A stretch of 63,896 nucleotides of DNA, filler included, from Pirum gemmata (taxonomy: Eukaryota), in the NCBI GenBank assembly GCA_002812295.1. It is 27 parts of 27 records of this genome, joined end to end, with 100 filler letters (N's around TTAATTAATTAA, not from the genome) between each part and the next. Parts side by side here need not be neighbours in the genome. Positions count along the whole stretch, not along the records: positions 61,937 to 63,896 come from PDIN01007558.1; 26 more parts are not named here. One strand, written 5' to 3'. Of this stretch, positions 62,078 to 63,896 are shown piece after piece. Position numbers and translations under genes: made by a program. Every line of letters starts with the position of its first letter. Within the stretch, counting starts at the first letter, position 1. A model generated the notes under the pieces. It ran no database searches. It had not been told where the DNA came from and saw nothing but the letters and a program-made list of their open reading frames with translations.

Positions 62078-63896
62078 GTAAGTAATAACCATAACCATAA
62101 CCATAACCACAACCCTACCATAATCATAAACATAAACATAAGCATAAACATAAACATAAGCATAATCATAGGCATAAGCATAAGTATAAGTATAATTATA
62201 AGCATAAGCATAAGTATAAGTATAAGTATAAGCATAAGTATAAGTATAATATAATTATAAGTATAAGTTTAATTATAAGCATACGTATAAGTATAAGTAT
62301 TAGTATAATTATAAGTATAAGCATAAGCATATATATAAGTATAAGTATAAGTATAAGTATAAGTATAAGTATAAGTATAAGTATAAGTATAAGTATAAAT
62401 ATAAGTATAAGTATAAGTATAAGTATAAGTATAAGTATAAGTATAAGTATAAGTATAAGTATAAGTATCAGTATAAGTATAAGTATAAGTATAAGTACAA
62501 ATATAAGTATAAGTACAAGTATAAGCATAATTATAAGTACAAGTATAATTATAATTATAAGTATAAGTATAAGTATAAGTATTAGTATAATTATAAGCAT
62601 AAGCATAAATATAAGTATAAGTATAAGTATAAGTATAAGTATAAGTATAAATATAAGTATAAGTATAAGTATGATTATAAGTATAAGTATAAGTATAAGC
62701 ACCCTACCATAAGTATAAGTATAGGTATAAGCATAAGCATAAGCAACCCCCAACCCCCAACCCTAACCTTACCTATACCCTTACCCTAACTCAGTACGAT
62801 TAAGCCAAAGGATTGCAGGAGTTTGTTAAATGGATTAAACATTGCGTTTTCATCTTTAGATTATAGAGTACTTAAGAGGGTTTTGAATTTTTTGTGTGGT
62901 TAATAATTTATGTTTTATGGTTTATTTATTTTAAAGTTTAATTTGTTTTTCTGTAATCTTTTTATTATTTCTAATATTTATTATTATTATTATTTAATTT
63001 TTGCTTGTTTGCTTATTTTATTTTATTTTATTTTATGTTTATCTTTATGTTTGGTTTTATGGTTATAGTTAAGTTTTTATTTAATTTAATGTAGTTGTAG
63101 TTGTAGTTTTATTTTGATTTGTATTTGTATTTGTATTTGTATTTGTATTTGTATTTGTATTTGTATTTGTATTTGTATATGCATTTGTATTTATATTTAT
63201 ATTTATATTTGTANNNNNNNNNNNNNNNNNNNNNNNNNNNNNNNNNNNNNNNNNNNNNNNNNNNNNNNNNNNNNNNNNNNNNNNNNNNNNNNNNNNNNNN
63301 NNNNNNNNNNNNNNNNNNNNNNNNNNNNNNNNNNNNNNNNNTTTGTATTTGTATTTGTATTTGTATTTGTATTTGTATTTGTATTTGTATTTGTATTTGT
63401 ATTTGTATTTGTATTTGTATTTGTATTTGTATTTGTATTTGTATTTGCATTTGCATTTGTATTTGTAGTTGTAGTTGTAGTTGTATTTATATTTATATTT
63501 TTATTTGCATTTGCATTTGCATTGGATTTATATCTATATTTATATCTACATCTATATCCATATGTATATTTGTATTTGTAATTTGTACTTGTATTTGTAT
63601 TTGTATTTGTATTTGTATTTGTATTTGTATTTGTAGTGTATTATATTCGATTTTGTTTGGTTAATTGTCATATTTAATTTGGTTATAGACTCTTTGTACA
63701 TGCTACCAGAAGTTTTTCGTATTTCATTATTGAAGCTTATGAACAGTAAACATTTTGATCGTTTGGTAAGACATCAACCCGTAACCCGTAACCCTAACCT
63801 AACCCTAACCTACCCCCCCCAACCCGTAACCCGTAACCCGTAACCCGTAACCCGTAAACCGTGTCCCTAAACCCTAAACCCTAAACCCTAAACCCT

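Overview
This is not a continuous chromosome segment. It is a pseudo-scaffold of 27 short (mostly ~2.2 kb) contigs joined by 26 artificial 100-bp spacers (N-run + TTAATTAATTAA + N-run), so adjacency across spacers has no biological meaning. The DNA is from a very AT-rich, microsatellite-saturated, intron-rich eukaryote with TTAGGG-type repeats. TAF1 and sarcosine dehydrogenase exons with animal-like motifs suggest a holozoan, possibly a unicellular one (inference only). Most ORFs in the supplied track are translated microsatellites. Coding pieces I can support: an MFS-type transporter (2 exons), a TBC/RabGAP exon, an ankyrin-repeat protein with a SAP-like motif and coiled coil, the ATG8 last exon, two Cys-rich secreted/surface proteins, two SARDH exons, a TAF1 exon, a Tau/MAP2-like gene, a GATA zinc-finger factor, an intronless GH19 chitinase with two unusual Cys modules, a 2OG-Fe(II) oxygenase exon, a mitochondrial-targeted protein and several unknowns. 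Mobile DNA includes decayed piggyBac, pogo (DDE_1) and Ty1/copia remnants and several MITE families (Harbinger-like and TA-flanked). The most interesting signals are: (1) a Tau/MAP2-like microtubule-binding repeat gene with exactly one 31-aa repeat per 93-nt phase-0 exon and no PGGG motif; (2) recurrent decaying tandem 'echo' copies of exon ends and splice sites; (3) telomeric repeats inserted into, and alternating with, MITEs; (4) a piggyBac remnant whose catalytic motif is locally inverted between inverted repeats. All family assignments are from visual motif recognition; no database searches were run.
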